The notes under the pieces are model-generated. The model searched no databases. It was not told where the DNA came from and saw nothing but the letters and a program-made list of their open reading frames with translations. Below are positions 38,288 to 47,574 of a DNA stretch of 64,000 nt, piece by piece; within the stretch, counting starts at the first letter, position 1, and each line of letters begins with the position of its first letter. The DNA is from a virus (taxonomy: Duplodnaviria > Caudoviricetes), in the IMG/VR virus record IMGVR_UViG_3300021400_000491, positions 19,271 to 83,270 of that record; one strand, written 5' to 3'. Both the position numbers and the translations under genes were made by a program.

Positions 38288-40525
38288 ATGACAAAACTTG
38301 TTTTTAATGCTGAAACACTTGCAAAGTCAATTAACAGTGAAAACGGAAACGAGATTGTTTTCGAGGAATACTTTGACATTCAGAAATCAGAAGGGGAGAA
38401 TCCGAAAGACCCGAAATTTGAGTATTTCAAAAAAAAGATTCTTGACCATTTGGCAGAATTGGAGAAGAAAGAAAATCACTCCATTGCAAAGGCAATCGAC
38501 ATTGACGAGTGGATTCAGAAAGCAAATTTCCCGGTCGGAACTGTAAGAACTTGGAACGGTCAGAAGTTCAAGAAAATCACGCCTAAAAAGTGGGCGCGAG
38601 TTTATGAAACTGAAAGCAAGGGCGCAAAACTTGCCGTTGCTGCATTGAGAAGAAAAGCCGCCGCCTGCAGAAACTCGGAAGAACTTTTACAGCTCTGTTT
38701 GGAGAACATGGAGCGATTCAGAGATAACAACGGACACCCATTGCCATTCATGCAGGAGTTTTCAGAGTATGTTTCGGGGCTGAATGACGCTCACGAAGGA
38801 AAGAAGGGTAAAACCGTTACAGAAGCAAAAGCAAAAAGTGACAGTACCGCAAATATGCAGACAGGCGAAAAAACACAGGAAGCATTTTCAAAACTTGTGG
38901 AAGAAGCCACAAAGGAATGTGAAAAGCACGAATTAAGCCGGGCAGAAATGCTCAAAAAGCCTATTTCTACAATCCAGAAACACGCCAATTCAAAAGTTGA
39001 AGATTTTGAGGGCGGTATTGATGATTTTATCGACTATATGAGAAAAGGACAGCCGAATATCTCAATGCAGGAAGTGGGAAAGGAATTTGCAAAACTCATA
39101 AATCACAATATCGCAAGAAAGATTTTTGAAGATTACGACAAAGGCTATTACACAATCGGAGCAGACGGAATACTTGAAGAAGCAAGCAAGACAAAACCGA
39201 ATGAAGAGCCAAAAAAGACAGAACCTAAGCAGGATAACGAGCCGCCGAAAACCGACAATGAGCCGAAGAAAAAAGGCATTGAATCTATCCGGGAGAAATA
39301 TCAATCTTCTTTATCCGTTGAAGGTGATGAAGATGAAATCTATGTTGGTAAGGAAGCAATACAAGGAAAGTGGAAACTTGTAGAAGCTGACGCACCTAGC
39401 GCAAGCCATGATGAAATCACTTTCCACAAGACAGAAGGATTCCCGACCGCAAAAGACGGTAGCACGGTAAACGATAGAGATTATGAGCATGACACGGCGG
39501 CACAGGAAACCGTAATTGACATTGCTTCTGATTTTGACGGCAGGGCTTTAGGCTTTGATTCTCCAATCGTTGTTACACAGGACGGCGTTGTTACATCTGG
39601 AAATAACCGCACAATGTCTAGCAAGATTGCCGCAAGAAAGGGAACTGATACAAAGTACATTGAAGCATTGAAGAAACGCGCTAAAAAGTTCGGTTTCTCT
39701 GCTGATGATGTGGCAAAGTTCAAGCACCCTCGTGTAGTTTTTGAAACAGAGCATACAGGCGACTACACAACAAGCGAATTCGCAAAATACAACGAATCGG
39801 GTAAAAAGGCTATGAATCCTGTTGAAAAAGCCGTAAAAGTTTCAAAGATGATTCAGCCGCAGACCATTGAAGATGTAGCAAGTATTATCGGCGAATTTGA
39901 CACTATGGGCGATTTGTACGCTGATAAAAAAGCAAGTCAGAGTATTTTTAATACGCTTATTCAGTCAAACATCATTCAGAAAACAGACCTTCCGCAGTAT
40001 TACAGTGACAACACAGTAACAGCATCCGGCAAGGAGTTTCTGGAAACTGTATTGATTGGTAGCGTTATCAACGAAACAAACATCAGAAACTTAAACACAG
40101 AGGGCGGACGCTCTATCAGACAGAAACTTGTAAGGGCAATTACTCCATTGATTGAAAACAAGGGAATGAAAGGTTATTCAATCAACAAGGAACTGAACGA
40201 AGCCGTAAGTATTGCCGTTGAGGTTACGCACCATAAAGACCAATTCCCGAATGTGGAAGCATTTTCTAAGCAGCAGGATATGTTTAGAAAACTTGACCCT
40301 GTTTCAATCGAACTTGCAAAAAAACTTGAAGGAACGCAGAAAGGCTTTGCGGAATTCATGCTTGATATGAACGGCGGATTAAGACCAGCCGCAAACGGTG
40401 AGGTTGATATTTTCTTGGGCGAATGTGAGAGCAAAGAAGATATTGTAAACCGTGTATTGAACATCAAGAAGACTGTAGAAAAGGCATTAAGCCGATTCTT
40501 TAGGATTTTTGGAACAACAATGTAA
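38288..40525 (+). CDS. Polyvalent protein with DdrB-like ParB domain
   Basis: WKLVEADAPSASHD...NDRDY...SPIVVTQDGVVTSGNNRTM. Confidence 0.75.
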   Translation: MTKLVFNAETLAKSINSENGNEIVFEEYFDIQKSEGENPKDPKFEYFKKKILDHLAELEKKENHSIAKAIDIDEWIQKANFPVGTVRTWNGQKFKKITPKKWARVYETESKGAKLAVAALRRKAAACRNSEELLQLCLENMERFRDNNGHPLPFMQEFSEYVSGLNDAHEGKKGKTVTEAKAKSDSTANMQTGEKTQEAFSKLVEEATKECEKHELSRAEMLKKPISTIQKHANSKVEDFEGGIDDFIDYMRKGQPNISMQEVGKEFAKLINHNIARKIFEDYDKGYYTIGADGILEEASKTKPNEEPKKTEPKQDNEPPKTDNEPKKKGIESIREKYQSSLSVEGDEDEIYVGKEAIQGKWKLVEADAPSASHDEITFHKTEGFPTAKDGSTVNDRDYEHDTAAQETVIDIASDFDGRALGFDSPIVVTQDGVVTSGNNRTMSSKIAARKGTDTKYIEALKKRAKKFGFSADDVAKFKHPRVVFETEHTGDYTTSEFAKYNESGKKAMNPVEKAVKVSKMIQPQTIEDVASIIGEFDTMGDLYADKKASQSIFNTLIQSNIIQKTDLPQYYSDNTVTASGKEFLETVLIGSVINETNIRNLNTEGGRSIRQKLVRAITPLIENKGMKGYSINKELNEAVSIAVEVTHHKDQFPNVEAFSKQQDMFRKLDPVSIELAKKLEGTQKGFAEFMLDMNGGLRPAANGEVDIFLGECESKEDIVNRVLNIKKTVEKALSRFFRIFGTTM

Positions 40526-40552
40526 TTAAGGCAAGGAAGGAGATATAGCAAT

Positions 40553-41857
40553 ATGAATCTTGTTGTAAACATGGCGAAATTGAAACAGGCGGGATTTGGT
40601 GACATTATTGAAAAGGCACAGAAAAAGAACTTTTCCGTATGGCACACAAAGAACGGAGATATACCGATGAAAAAAGTCGGTGAAAAATGGGTGCCTGCAA
40701 ATGTCGGACAGGGAAATTCTGCTGATACAGAAATCCAGAAGCGCAAGCGCGTAGCAGATATTAAGGCAATGACAAAACGCGGTGACATGATTCGCTTTGA
40801 AAGAGAGAAGAAACTTATTGACGGTATGGTTGTCGCAAAAGGTGACGATGGCGTAACAGCAAAGAAAGAAGCGTTTGCTTATCAAGTGCCTTATGAAAAC
40901 ATCAAACAGAATTTGACCAAAGAGGGAACAATAAGCCCGGAAAACTTCAACGCTGCTGATTATCGCAATAAATATCAAGATTCAAAAATTGCCGAATTGG
41001 AAAAAGCAAGTAAGGGCGCAGGTGTAAAATACTTCCTTGACAAATACCTTCCGGGAGCAGAAGGAAAGGAAATGTCAAAGAAAGCTGATGAAACCGAATT
41101 AAGGGTAAAAAATCAGATTGCAACAGACGGACAGACAATCGACAATTTCAGAATTTCCGGCGAAGGTGTAGACGCTGTTTATTCAGATGAAAGAGCCGCC
41201 TTGCATGAGAAAATAATGGACTATTATTTCTCACCAGATAAGATTGCAAAAGCAAAACCGAAGCCCGGACAGAAGCCAATGCTCGTAATGCTCGGTGGAA
41301 GAGCGGGCGCGGGTAAATCATGGTTCACAAATACAGAAGAAGGTGGCTTATACAATCCCGAAGAGTTTATTGTTTTGGACGCAGACGCAATCAAGAGCGG
41401 AGTATATGACAAGAACGGTAAAGAATTGTGTCCACCGCTTCCAGAATACGAAGGTTGGAACGCTGGAACAGTTCACGAAGAATCATCTGACTTAAACAAA
41501 AAACTCATTGATATGGCTATGAAAATGGGGCTGAATGTCATTATTGACGGCACTATGAACAGCCCTAAGAAATCCGTAAAACAGATACAGGATTTCAAGA
41601 AAGCCGGGTATTTCACAAGCTGTGATTATATGTTTACGCCAATGCAGGAATCAATGCAAAGAGCCTGCAGCAGATTCAAAACACGAAAGAATGACTATTC
41701 GGGGCGTTTTGTTCCGCTCGGTATTATGACCGAAATGACACAAAACGAGGACGCTTTTGAAGCTGTAAAAGGCTTGGTAGACAGGTATTCTTTCCGGGAT
41801 AACTTCAATCAGACAAACGGAATGGCAACATTGATTTGTCAAAAAGGAGATTATTAA
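40553..41857 (+). CDS. Zeta-toxin-family P-loop kinase with N-terminal extension
   Basis: MLGGRAGAGKS, LDADAIK, VHEESS, VIIDGTM, GRFVP. Confidence 0.85.
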   Translation: MNLVVNMAKLKQAGFGDIIEKAQKKNFSVWHTKNGDIPMKKVGEKWVPANVGQGNSADTEIQKRKRVADIKAMTKRGDMIRFEREKKLIDGMVVAKGDDGVTAKKEAFAYQVPYENIKQNLTKEGTISPENFNAADYRNKYQDSKIAELEKASKGAGVKYFLDKYLPGAEGKEMSKKADETELRVKNQIATDGQTIDNFRISGEGVDAVYSDERAALHEKIMDYYFSPDKIAKAKPKPGQKPMLVMLGGRAGAGKSWFTNTEEGGLYNPEEFIVLDADAIKSGVYDKNGKELCPPLPEYEGWNAGTVHEESSDLNKKLIDMAMKMGLNVIIDGTMNSPKKSVKQIQDFKKAGYFTSCDYMFTPMQESMQRACSRFKTRKNDYSGRFVPLGIMTEMTQNEDAFEAVKGLVDRYSFRDNFNQTNGMATLICQKGDY

Positions 41858-41879
41858 CACCAAAATTTACTACAAATTG

Positions 41880-41908
41880 TTGCAATAATGCCGATAGTGT
41901 AGTATATT
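41880..41908 (+). promoter_or_regulatory. Promoter for small moron ORF
   Basis: TTGCAA-17-TATATT. Confidence 0.65.
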
Positions 41909-41927
41909 ATAAGTGGAGGTAGAGGCT

Positions 41928-42098
41928 ATGGAAAAGAAAAACGCAAAAGAATTCATGGAAAAGAACTTCCATAATCCCGAATGGTGGGCTTCTGGCGACT
42001 ATGCTGACGACCCAAACAAAAAACCTTCTAAACAGCATACAGACCAATTAGAGCGGATTAAAAACCGCGCTAAAGAAGCTGGGGTAAAACTTTCATAA
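41928..42098 (+). CDS. Small hypothetical protein (56 aa) with own promoter and terminator
   Basis: GGAGGT/GAGG RBS. Confidence 0.7.
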   Translation: MEKKNAKEFMEKNFHNPEWWASGDYADDPNKKPSKQHTDQLERIKNRAKEAGVKLS

Positions 42099-42109
42099 AC
42101 GAGATTTTC

Positions 42110-42137
42110 AAGCCGTGCAGATAATGTACGGCTTTTA
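42110..42137 (+). terminator. Intrinsic terminator
   Basis: AAGCCGTGCA-GATAA-TGTACGGCTTTT. Confidence 0.7.
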
Positions 42138-42154
42138 TTATCTAGGGGGCTTTT

Positions 42155-42682
42155 ATGAAGATTCATAACGCTATTATCTTTGCTTCAATCAAACATCAGA
42201 ATCAGAAACGCAAGGGAACGAATCTACCGTACATTGTTCACCCTATGGAAGTTATGCAGATTCTCACGGAAAACGGCTGTAGTGAGAATGTAATTGTTGC
42301 CGGAATTCTGCATGATACACTTGAAGATACTGACACTCGCCCGGAAGAAATTGAAAAAGAATTTGGGAAAGATATTCTTGCGATAGTCCAGACTGAAAGC
42401 GAGGATAAATCAAAGACTTGGAAGGAACGAAAACAGCACACTATTGATTGTCTTAAAACAGATTCACTTGAAACAAAACTTGTTTGTTGTGCTGATAAAC
42501 TCTCAAATATCCGCAGTATGTATGTTGACTTTCAGAATTGTGGGGCTGAACTCTGGAAGCGTTTTAATGCAAGTAAAGAAGATATAGGGTGGTATTATCA
42601 TTCCATTGCAGACAATCTTTCGGGGCTTGAAGGTTATAAAATGTATGATGAATTGCAAAAATATGTAGGAATACTGTTTTAA
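42155..42682 (+). CDS. HD-domain hydrolase, MESH1/SpoT-hydrolase-like (HD_4)
   Basis: HQNQKRKGTNLPYIVHPMEV...AGILHDTLEDT...ADKLSN. Confidence 0.92.
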   Translation: MKIHNAIIFASIKHQNQKRKGTNLPYIVHPMEVMQILTENGCSENVIVAGILHDTLEDTDTRPEEIEKEFGKDILAIVQTESEDKSKTWKERKQHTIDCLKTDSLETKLVCCADKLSNIRSMYVDFQNCGAELWKRFNASKEDIGWYYHSIADNLSGLEGYKMYDELQKYVGILF

Positions 42683-42739
42683 TACTATAAAAAGTATTCA
42701 ATTCTTGACAGCGTATTATTTTACTGATAAAATAATCAT

Positions 42740-42917
42740 AATTCTTGAAGGGGGAAATCGGGCTTCATGCCCGGCGTAATGAAAGTTACCTAGCCTTTCA
42801 AAGAGTTATTAAAATTACAATATTGTGTCGCCTGTAGGGGCGTGAATAAAAACGATATTCCTTAGAAAAGGCAGTCGGAACACTAAAAAGGTATTAGTGT
42901 TTTTGGCTGCTTTTTTT
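42740..42917 (+). ncRNA. Candidate structured sRNA/leader between promoter (TTGACA-17-TAAAAT, 42705-42733) and terminator
   Basis: Three-way junction TTGAAGG/CCTTTCAA, CGGGC/GCCCG, GTAAT-GAAA-GTTAC; terminator 42866-42917. Confidence 0.5.
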
Positions 42918-42955
42918 ATTGCCTTGCGGTCAGAAGCACTAGGAGCAGGGCAAAA

Positions 42956-44491
42956 GTGGACTTTTACACTGAAAACGACATTGAAAAATCTCTCTCCAAT
43001 GTTTATGTTCCCATTATCATTAAGTCTTTCGGTGAAGAGGACGAGGACGGAAACTATATCTTTGAAACCGAAGCCTCTAATGAAAATCTTGACTTACAGA
43101 ATCAGATTATCCAGCAGAAAGCACTCACAGACAGTAAAGAATATTTCCTTTCAAACGGCGTAATTTCAGACGACCACCAGCACAAAAGATATGACGCAAG
43201 CGGCAATGTAATCAGCGATAAAACAAAGATTATCGGCGAGCCTATTTCAGTAAGAACGGAAGGAACAAGAACATTCGTAAAAGGCAAGCTCTATAGCCAT
43301 GTAGAAGCTGCAAAGCCTTTTATCGACCTTCTTAAAGCTCATTCAAGCCGTGTAAAGGCAAGCGTAGGCGGTATTAAGCCTATTGTACGCAAAAACAAGG
43401 ACGGTACGGAAACAGTAACGGCTTTTTTGTGGAATGACTTAGCCCTTACTTGTTCGCCTGTAAATTACACGGTGGGTAGTGCCGCTTTTGCTAAATCAAT
43501 GTCAAATGTCGATTTCTGTAAAGCACTTTCAGCAGGTTACGGAACAGACGCAGCGACAATGACAGGCGGAAAATGTTTGCAGAAAGAAGATTTTGAAGGT
43601 GGAGTAGCAAACAATACGCCGGAAAACATCTTGCCTAATGAGATTTCAAAAACAGAAGAAAACGACATTGACGCAATCAATGAGCTTATGGCGGCAATCG
43701 CTACAGGCGAAATCAAAACACCACAGAAAATGACTTCTTTCTTGACTGAAAGAGGATATTCAGAGGAAAAAGCGCGGGCTTCTGTCCGCGAAATAATATC
43801 ACAAGGGGGTCATGTAATTATGGCTAAATCTGTTTTGGAACAGACAAAGAATCTCCTTAAATCGCTTGCGGGTGGCTCTCCTAGCAATGCAGACGATGGC
43901 GAGGAGAAGAACAAGAAGCCGGGTGAAAATGTACCACCAGAGAATAACGGTGGCGCAGGTTCAGACAATGGCGGTGAAGGTGGTAATGGTAACGGTGAAG
44001 GTGGTGCAGAGCCTAACAACATCACTAAATCATTGCCGGAAGGTTGTGTTGACGCAACAGATGCGCTTGCTGCAATTCTTGCAGAAGTAAAGAAGAGCAA
44101 TGACGCAGTTGCAGCACTCACAAAGCGCATGGATGGCTATGAAGCACAGCAGGAAGATGTTTCAAAGTCTATTCTTGAAGTTGCCGGAAGCGTTGCGCAG
44201 ATTGCAAACACTCCACTTCCTACAAAGACAGCTACTTCTATCCAGAAGTCAGATGTCGGAAATGGTGCTTCTGCAGGCGGAAACGGCGGTTCTTTGCGCC
44301 CTACCACAGAAGATTATCAGATTGTAAAAAGCGCACTCAATGCCGCTTTCAAGGACAGAGCAAACACAGGTCTGACACTTGAAAAGTCTGAACATCTTTC
44401 TTCTGCTTTCAACAAGGCGGTTCATGGCGGAAAAATCAGCCGTGAAGATTTCAACGAAATTTCGGGTTATGTACGCAAGTACAAAGCCTAA
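42956..44491 (+). CDS. Prohead protease fused to scaffold-like C-terminus
   Basis: EASNENLDLQNQII, DDHQH, ASVGG, WNDLALTCSPVN; low-complexity G/N linker; upstream of MCP. Confidence 0.85.
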   Translation: MDFYTENDIEKSLSNVYVPIIIKSFGEEDEDGNYIFETEASNENLDLQNQIIQQKALTDSKEYFLSNGVISDDHQHKRYDASGNVISDKTKIIGEPISVRTEGTRTFVKGKLYSHVEAAKPFIDLLKAHSSRVKASVGGIKPIVRKNKDGTETVTAFLWNDLALTCSPVNYTVGSAAFAKSMSNVDFCKALSAGYGTDAATMTGGKCLQKEDFEGGVANNTPENILPNEISKTEENDIDAINELMAAIATGEIKTPQKMTSFLTERGYSEEKARASVREIISQGGHVIMAKSVLEQTKNLLKSLAGGSPSNADDGEEKNKKPGENVPPENNGGAGSDNGGEGGNGNGEGGAEPNNITKSLPEGCVDATDALAAILAEVKKSNDAVAALTKRMDGYEAQQEDVSKSILEVAGSVAQIANTPLPTKTATSIQKSDVGNGASAGGNGGSLRPTTEDYQIVKSALNAAFKDRANTGLTLEKSEHLSSAFNKAVHGGKISREDFNEISGYVRKYKA

Positions 44492-44506
44492 ACAGGGAGA
44501 ATACAA

Positions 44507-45976
44507 ATGATTTTTGACGAAGGTGTAAATGTCGAAGGTCTGTTTGACAATGAAAGTCAAGCGACACTTGAAAAAGCTCTTTCCGCCGGATATGGTACTG
44601 ATGCGTCACAGTTTACAGACGGACGCGCATTGCAGCCGGAAGATTTGGAATCGACACTTGTAAATGTGCTTGATGTTTTGCAGGACGATTGTAAGGTATT
44701 CAATTCAATCTACCGTCAGCCGTCAAAGTCTACTGTACATCAGTACAACAGACGCACAGGCGTTGGCGATGATGAATTTAACTTCATCGGCGAAGGTGAG
44801 GAAATCCGCGAAGGTGACCAAGACATCGAGCGTAAAATCCTCGAACAGAAGTACATCGGTACTATCGGACGCATTACAAAGCAGGCTGAACTCGTTGAAA
44901 GTATGGAAGATATGTACAACGCAGAAAAAGTCGCTTGTACAATGCGTGTCGTAAAATCTGCCGAGCGTGCTTTCTTCCACGGAAACAGTGCAGTTGTTCC
45001 TAAACAGTTTGACGGTTTCCAGAAAATTATCGAGGATTCGGCTTTCGACACAACAAAAGAAGCCCGCCTCCGCTCTACAGTTGCAGACCTTCGCGGTTAC
45101 GAAATCGGCGAAGAAGTTGCTTCTGGCGATGAAGCTATTCTCACAGGCGAAGATTTGTTTGATGAAGTAGCTGATACTGTTTATGAAAAGGGTGGTGACT
45201 TGAAAAAAGCATTGTTCCCTCCTGTTATCGCAAGACAGTTCCGCTCTCTCTTCAATGACAAGCTCCGCTACACACCAGAGGACGAACACACAGGTCTTAA
45301 ACGCCTGCCGGATATTGTCGCTTCTTGCGGCTCTTCTATCCGCATACAGGGCAAAGACGCTGGTACAGATAAGATGTTCCATGTAAAGGGTAAAGTCGTT
45401 GCTAAGGGTGATTCAACAAAACGCCCTAACGCTCCTTCTACAGTAACACTTACTGTAAACGCTTCTCCTACTCGTGCAGAATCACAGTTCCGCACAAGTG
45501 ACGCAGGTGATTACATCTATGCAGTTCATGCCGTAAACTCTTACGGTATTTCAGCCGCAAAAGCCGCAGCCGCAGCCGTTACAGTTGCAGCAGGTAAGAG
45601 TGTTACAATCACTATTACTCCGGATTCAAACGGCGCAAGAGCTACAGGATTTATCATCACTCGCTCTAAAGCTGACGGTTCTGAACTCATGGAAATGTGT
45701 TCAATCGGTGCAGCAGTTGAAGGAAACACAACATACGAAGATGTTAACTCAGAACTTCCGGGTACAGCTTCTATTATCCTTCTTTCTGAAATCACTCGTG
45801 ACGCTAAGGCAAACATCGCCTTTACACAGCTCATGGGTCTTTCAACATTCCCGCTTCCTACAAACGATTCTCTCGCAAAACGCTTTGCAGTTGCACTCTT
45901 CGGTGCGCTTAAAGTTGGTGCGCCGGAATTCTGTGCTGAAATCAAGAATGTTGGTTACAGAGGAGGCTTGTACTAA
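44507..45976 (+). CDS. Major capsid protein (Twort/A511-like)
   Basis: EKALSAGYGTD...GRALQPEDLE, FHGNSAVVPKQFDGF, C-terminal IKNVG. Confidence 0.9.
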   Translation: MIFDEGVNVEGLFDNESQATLEKALSAGYGTDASQFTDGRALQPEDLESTLVNVLDVLQDDCKVFNSIYRQPSKSTVHQYNRRTGVGDDEFNFIGEGEEIREGDQDIERKILEQKYIGTIGRITKQAELVESMEDMYNAEKVACTMRVVKSAERAFFHGNSAVVPKQFDGFQKIIEDSAFDTTKEARLRSTVADLRGYEIGEEVASGDEAILTGEDLFDEVADTVYEKGGDLKKALFPPVIARQFRSLFNDKLRYTPEDEHTGLKRLPDIVASCGSSIRIQGKDAGTDKMFHVKGKVVAKGDSTKRPNAPSTVTLTVNASPTRAESQFRTSDAGDYIYAVHAVNSYGISAAKAAAAAVTVAAGKSVTITITPDSNGARATGFIITRSKADGSELMEMCSIGAAVEGNTTYEDVNSELPGTASIILLSEITRDAKANIAFTQLMGLSTFPLPTNDSLAKRFAVALFGALKVGAPEFCAEIKNVGYRGGLY

Positions 45977-46407
45977 TGGCTAAAGGTAGAACAGTTAAAA
46001 CGCTGGCTAATGCTGCTTCTACCGCCGTTGATACAAAAAAAATCTTGTCTGATTTGTCAAATATGGCAGATACAGACAAGGTTACTGTTGTATCAGAAAA
46101 ACGCGCGGGGAAAACAATCATTGGTATTGGCGCAAATCCCGTAGTTTTTGACGCTGACGGAAAAGCAGAAGTAACAGCTCTTGAAGCAAAGTATTTCTTG
46201 ACAATTCCGGGCTTCAACCTCGACGGTGCAGCAGAAGCAAACGCTGACGCTGGAAAGAGCGAAAGCAAAGACGGTTCTGATTCTTCATCAGAAACAACAA
46301 CAGACACCGAGAAATCGGACGGCGGCAAGGCAGACGCAAACACAGCAGAAGCAAACGCTGACGCTGGAAAGAGCGAAAGCAAGAAAGCCGCAAAAGGCAA
46401 TAAATAA
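45976..46407 (+). CDS. Hypothetical virion protein with low-complexity tail
   Basis: Follows MCP; AEANADAGKSESK twice. Confidence 0.75.
   Translation: MAKGRTVKTLANAASTAVDTKKILSDLSNMADTDKVTVVSEKRAGKTIIGIGANPVVFDADGKAEVTALEAKYFLTIPGFNLDGAAEANADAGKSESKDGSDSSSETTTDTEKSDGGKADANTAEANADAGKSESKKAAKGNK
46229..46382 (+). repeat. Exact 40-bp direct repeat (46229-46268, 46343-46382)
   Basis: CAGCAGAAGCAAACGCTGACGCTGGAAAGAGCGAAAGCAA. Confidence 0.9.
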
Positions 46408-47556
46408 ATGATAACCGCAGAAGCGACAAGTACAAGAATTATCCTCACGCTGTCAAACAGCAACGCTGCATCTTTCAGACTTGAAAGGTCATTCTATAAG
46501 GAAAATGCTTGGTATACTTGGACTTCTGACGGTTGGATTTTAAATACTGAATCACCTGTTGTTCTTCCTATTTCAGCAGGTGATTTCATTGATTCTTCTA
46601 ATCTTGAAGATGGTTTATACGAATATCGTTTTGTAGATTCTTCTGTAGAAGTTCCTACAGGCAATATGTACGAATACTCAAAATGGGTGAAATTCGGCGA
46701 GAATGTAGATTGTATCGGTTACACATTCAACAATTACAATGCGCCGGAAGGTTCTTGGGGCGTTCCTGTAACTCCCGATGATATTAGATACACCTATCTT
46801 TGGGGAACTGATTTTAAAGCTACAAACGGACAGCAGTTTAAGGACGAGCAGACACAGTATTTTATTGACGCTGCAATAACAGAATTGGAGCGTGAATTGA
46901 ATATCTGTATCAGAAGAAAAGTTATCCGATGTAACCCGGATAAGAGAGGACTTGTAAGGACAACAAGAACAAGAAAAGGCGATTATGATTTGGAAGAGCC
47001 GCCTTATAAGTTCAGACAGGAAGAAATTGTAAGCCGTGGACGAATTACAACACGGCAAAGACCTATTATTAAGGTTACAAAATGCGAATTACTCAACGCC
47101 GCTGAAAATCCTATGGATTTGCTTCCTACTTCATATCTTGAAAAAGACAAGGGCGTTATTAACTTTATGAAAAGACCGTGGCGCAGAAGCGACACTTTCA
47201 ATAATGTTTCAAAGGTGCTTTATCCATACGGAGAGCAGACTTTAAGAAATTATTATTTCTATGCCGTTGATTACGAAGCCGGATTTGAAACAAGTGACGA
47301 TATTCCAGACGATTTAAGACAGATTATCGGCAAGGCTTGTGCTATTTCACTTCTTAACATCATCGGTGACGGCTTGATGTCGGGATTCTCTTCAAGCTCT
47401 TTGAGCATGGACGGTATTTCTGAATCGTTCAGCTCTACACAGTCGGCAACAAGTGCCTATTTCGGTGCGCGTATTGCCGTGTATCAGAAAGAAGTGCAGG
47501 AATACATCAAAAACAATAAATACAAGTTCAGACACTTTCCTATCAGAAGTATTTAA
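46408..47556 (+). CDS. Head-tail adaptor/neck protein
   Basis: YEAGFETSDDIPDDLRQIIGK...SSSSLSMDGISESFS. Confidence 0.8.
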   Translation: MITAEATSTRIILTLSNSNAASFRLERSFYKENAWYTWTSDGWILNTESPVVLPISAGDFIDSSNLEDGLYEYRFVDSSVEVPTGNMYEYSKWVKFGENVDCIGYTFNNYNAPEGSWGVPVTPDDIRYTYLWGTDFKATNGQQFKDEQTQYFIDAAITELERELNICIRRKVIRCNPDKRGLVRTTRTRKGDYDLEEPPYKFRQEEIVSRGRITTRQRPIIKVTKCELLNAAENPMDLLPTSYLEKDKGVINFMKRPWRRSDTFNNVSKVLYPYGEQTLRNYYFYAVDYEAGFETSDDIPDDLRQIIGKACAISLLNIIGDGLMSGFSSSSLSMDGISESFSSTQSATSAYFGARIAVYQKEVQEYIKNNKYKFRHFPIRSI

Positions 47557-47574
47557 TAAATTGGGGGTATCAGC

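Noticed and set aside
42740-42830. Known riboswitch or ribozyme (c-di-GMP, ZTP, ppGpp/ykkC, twister, hammerhead)
   Set aside because: Conserved core nucleotides of these classes not recognisable by eye; needs an Rfam search
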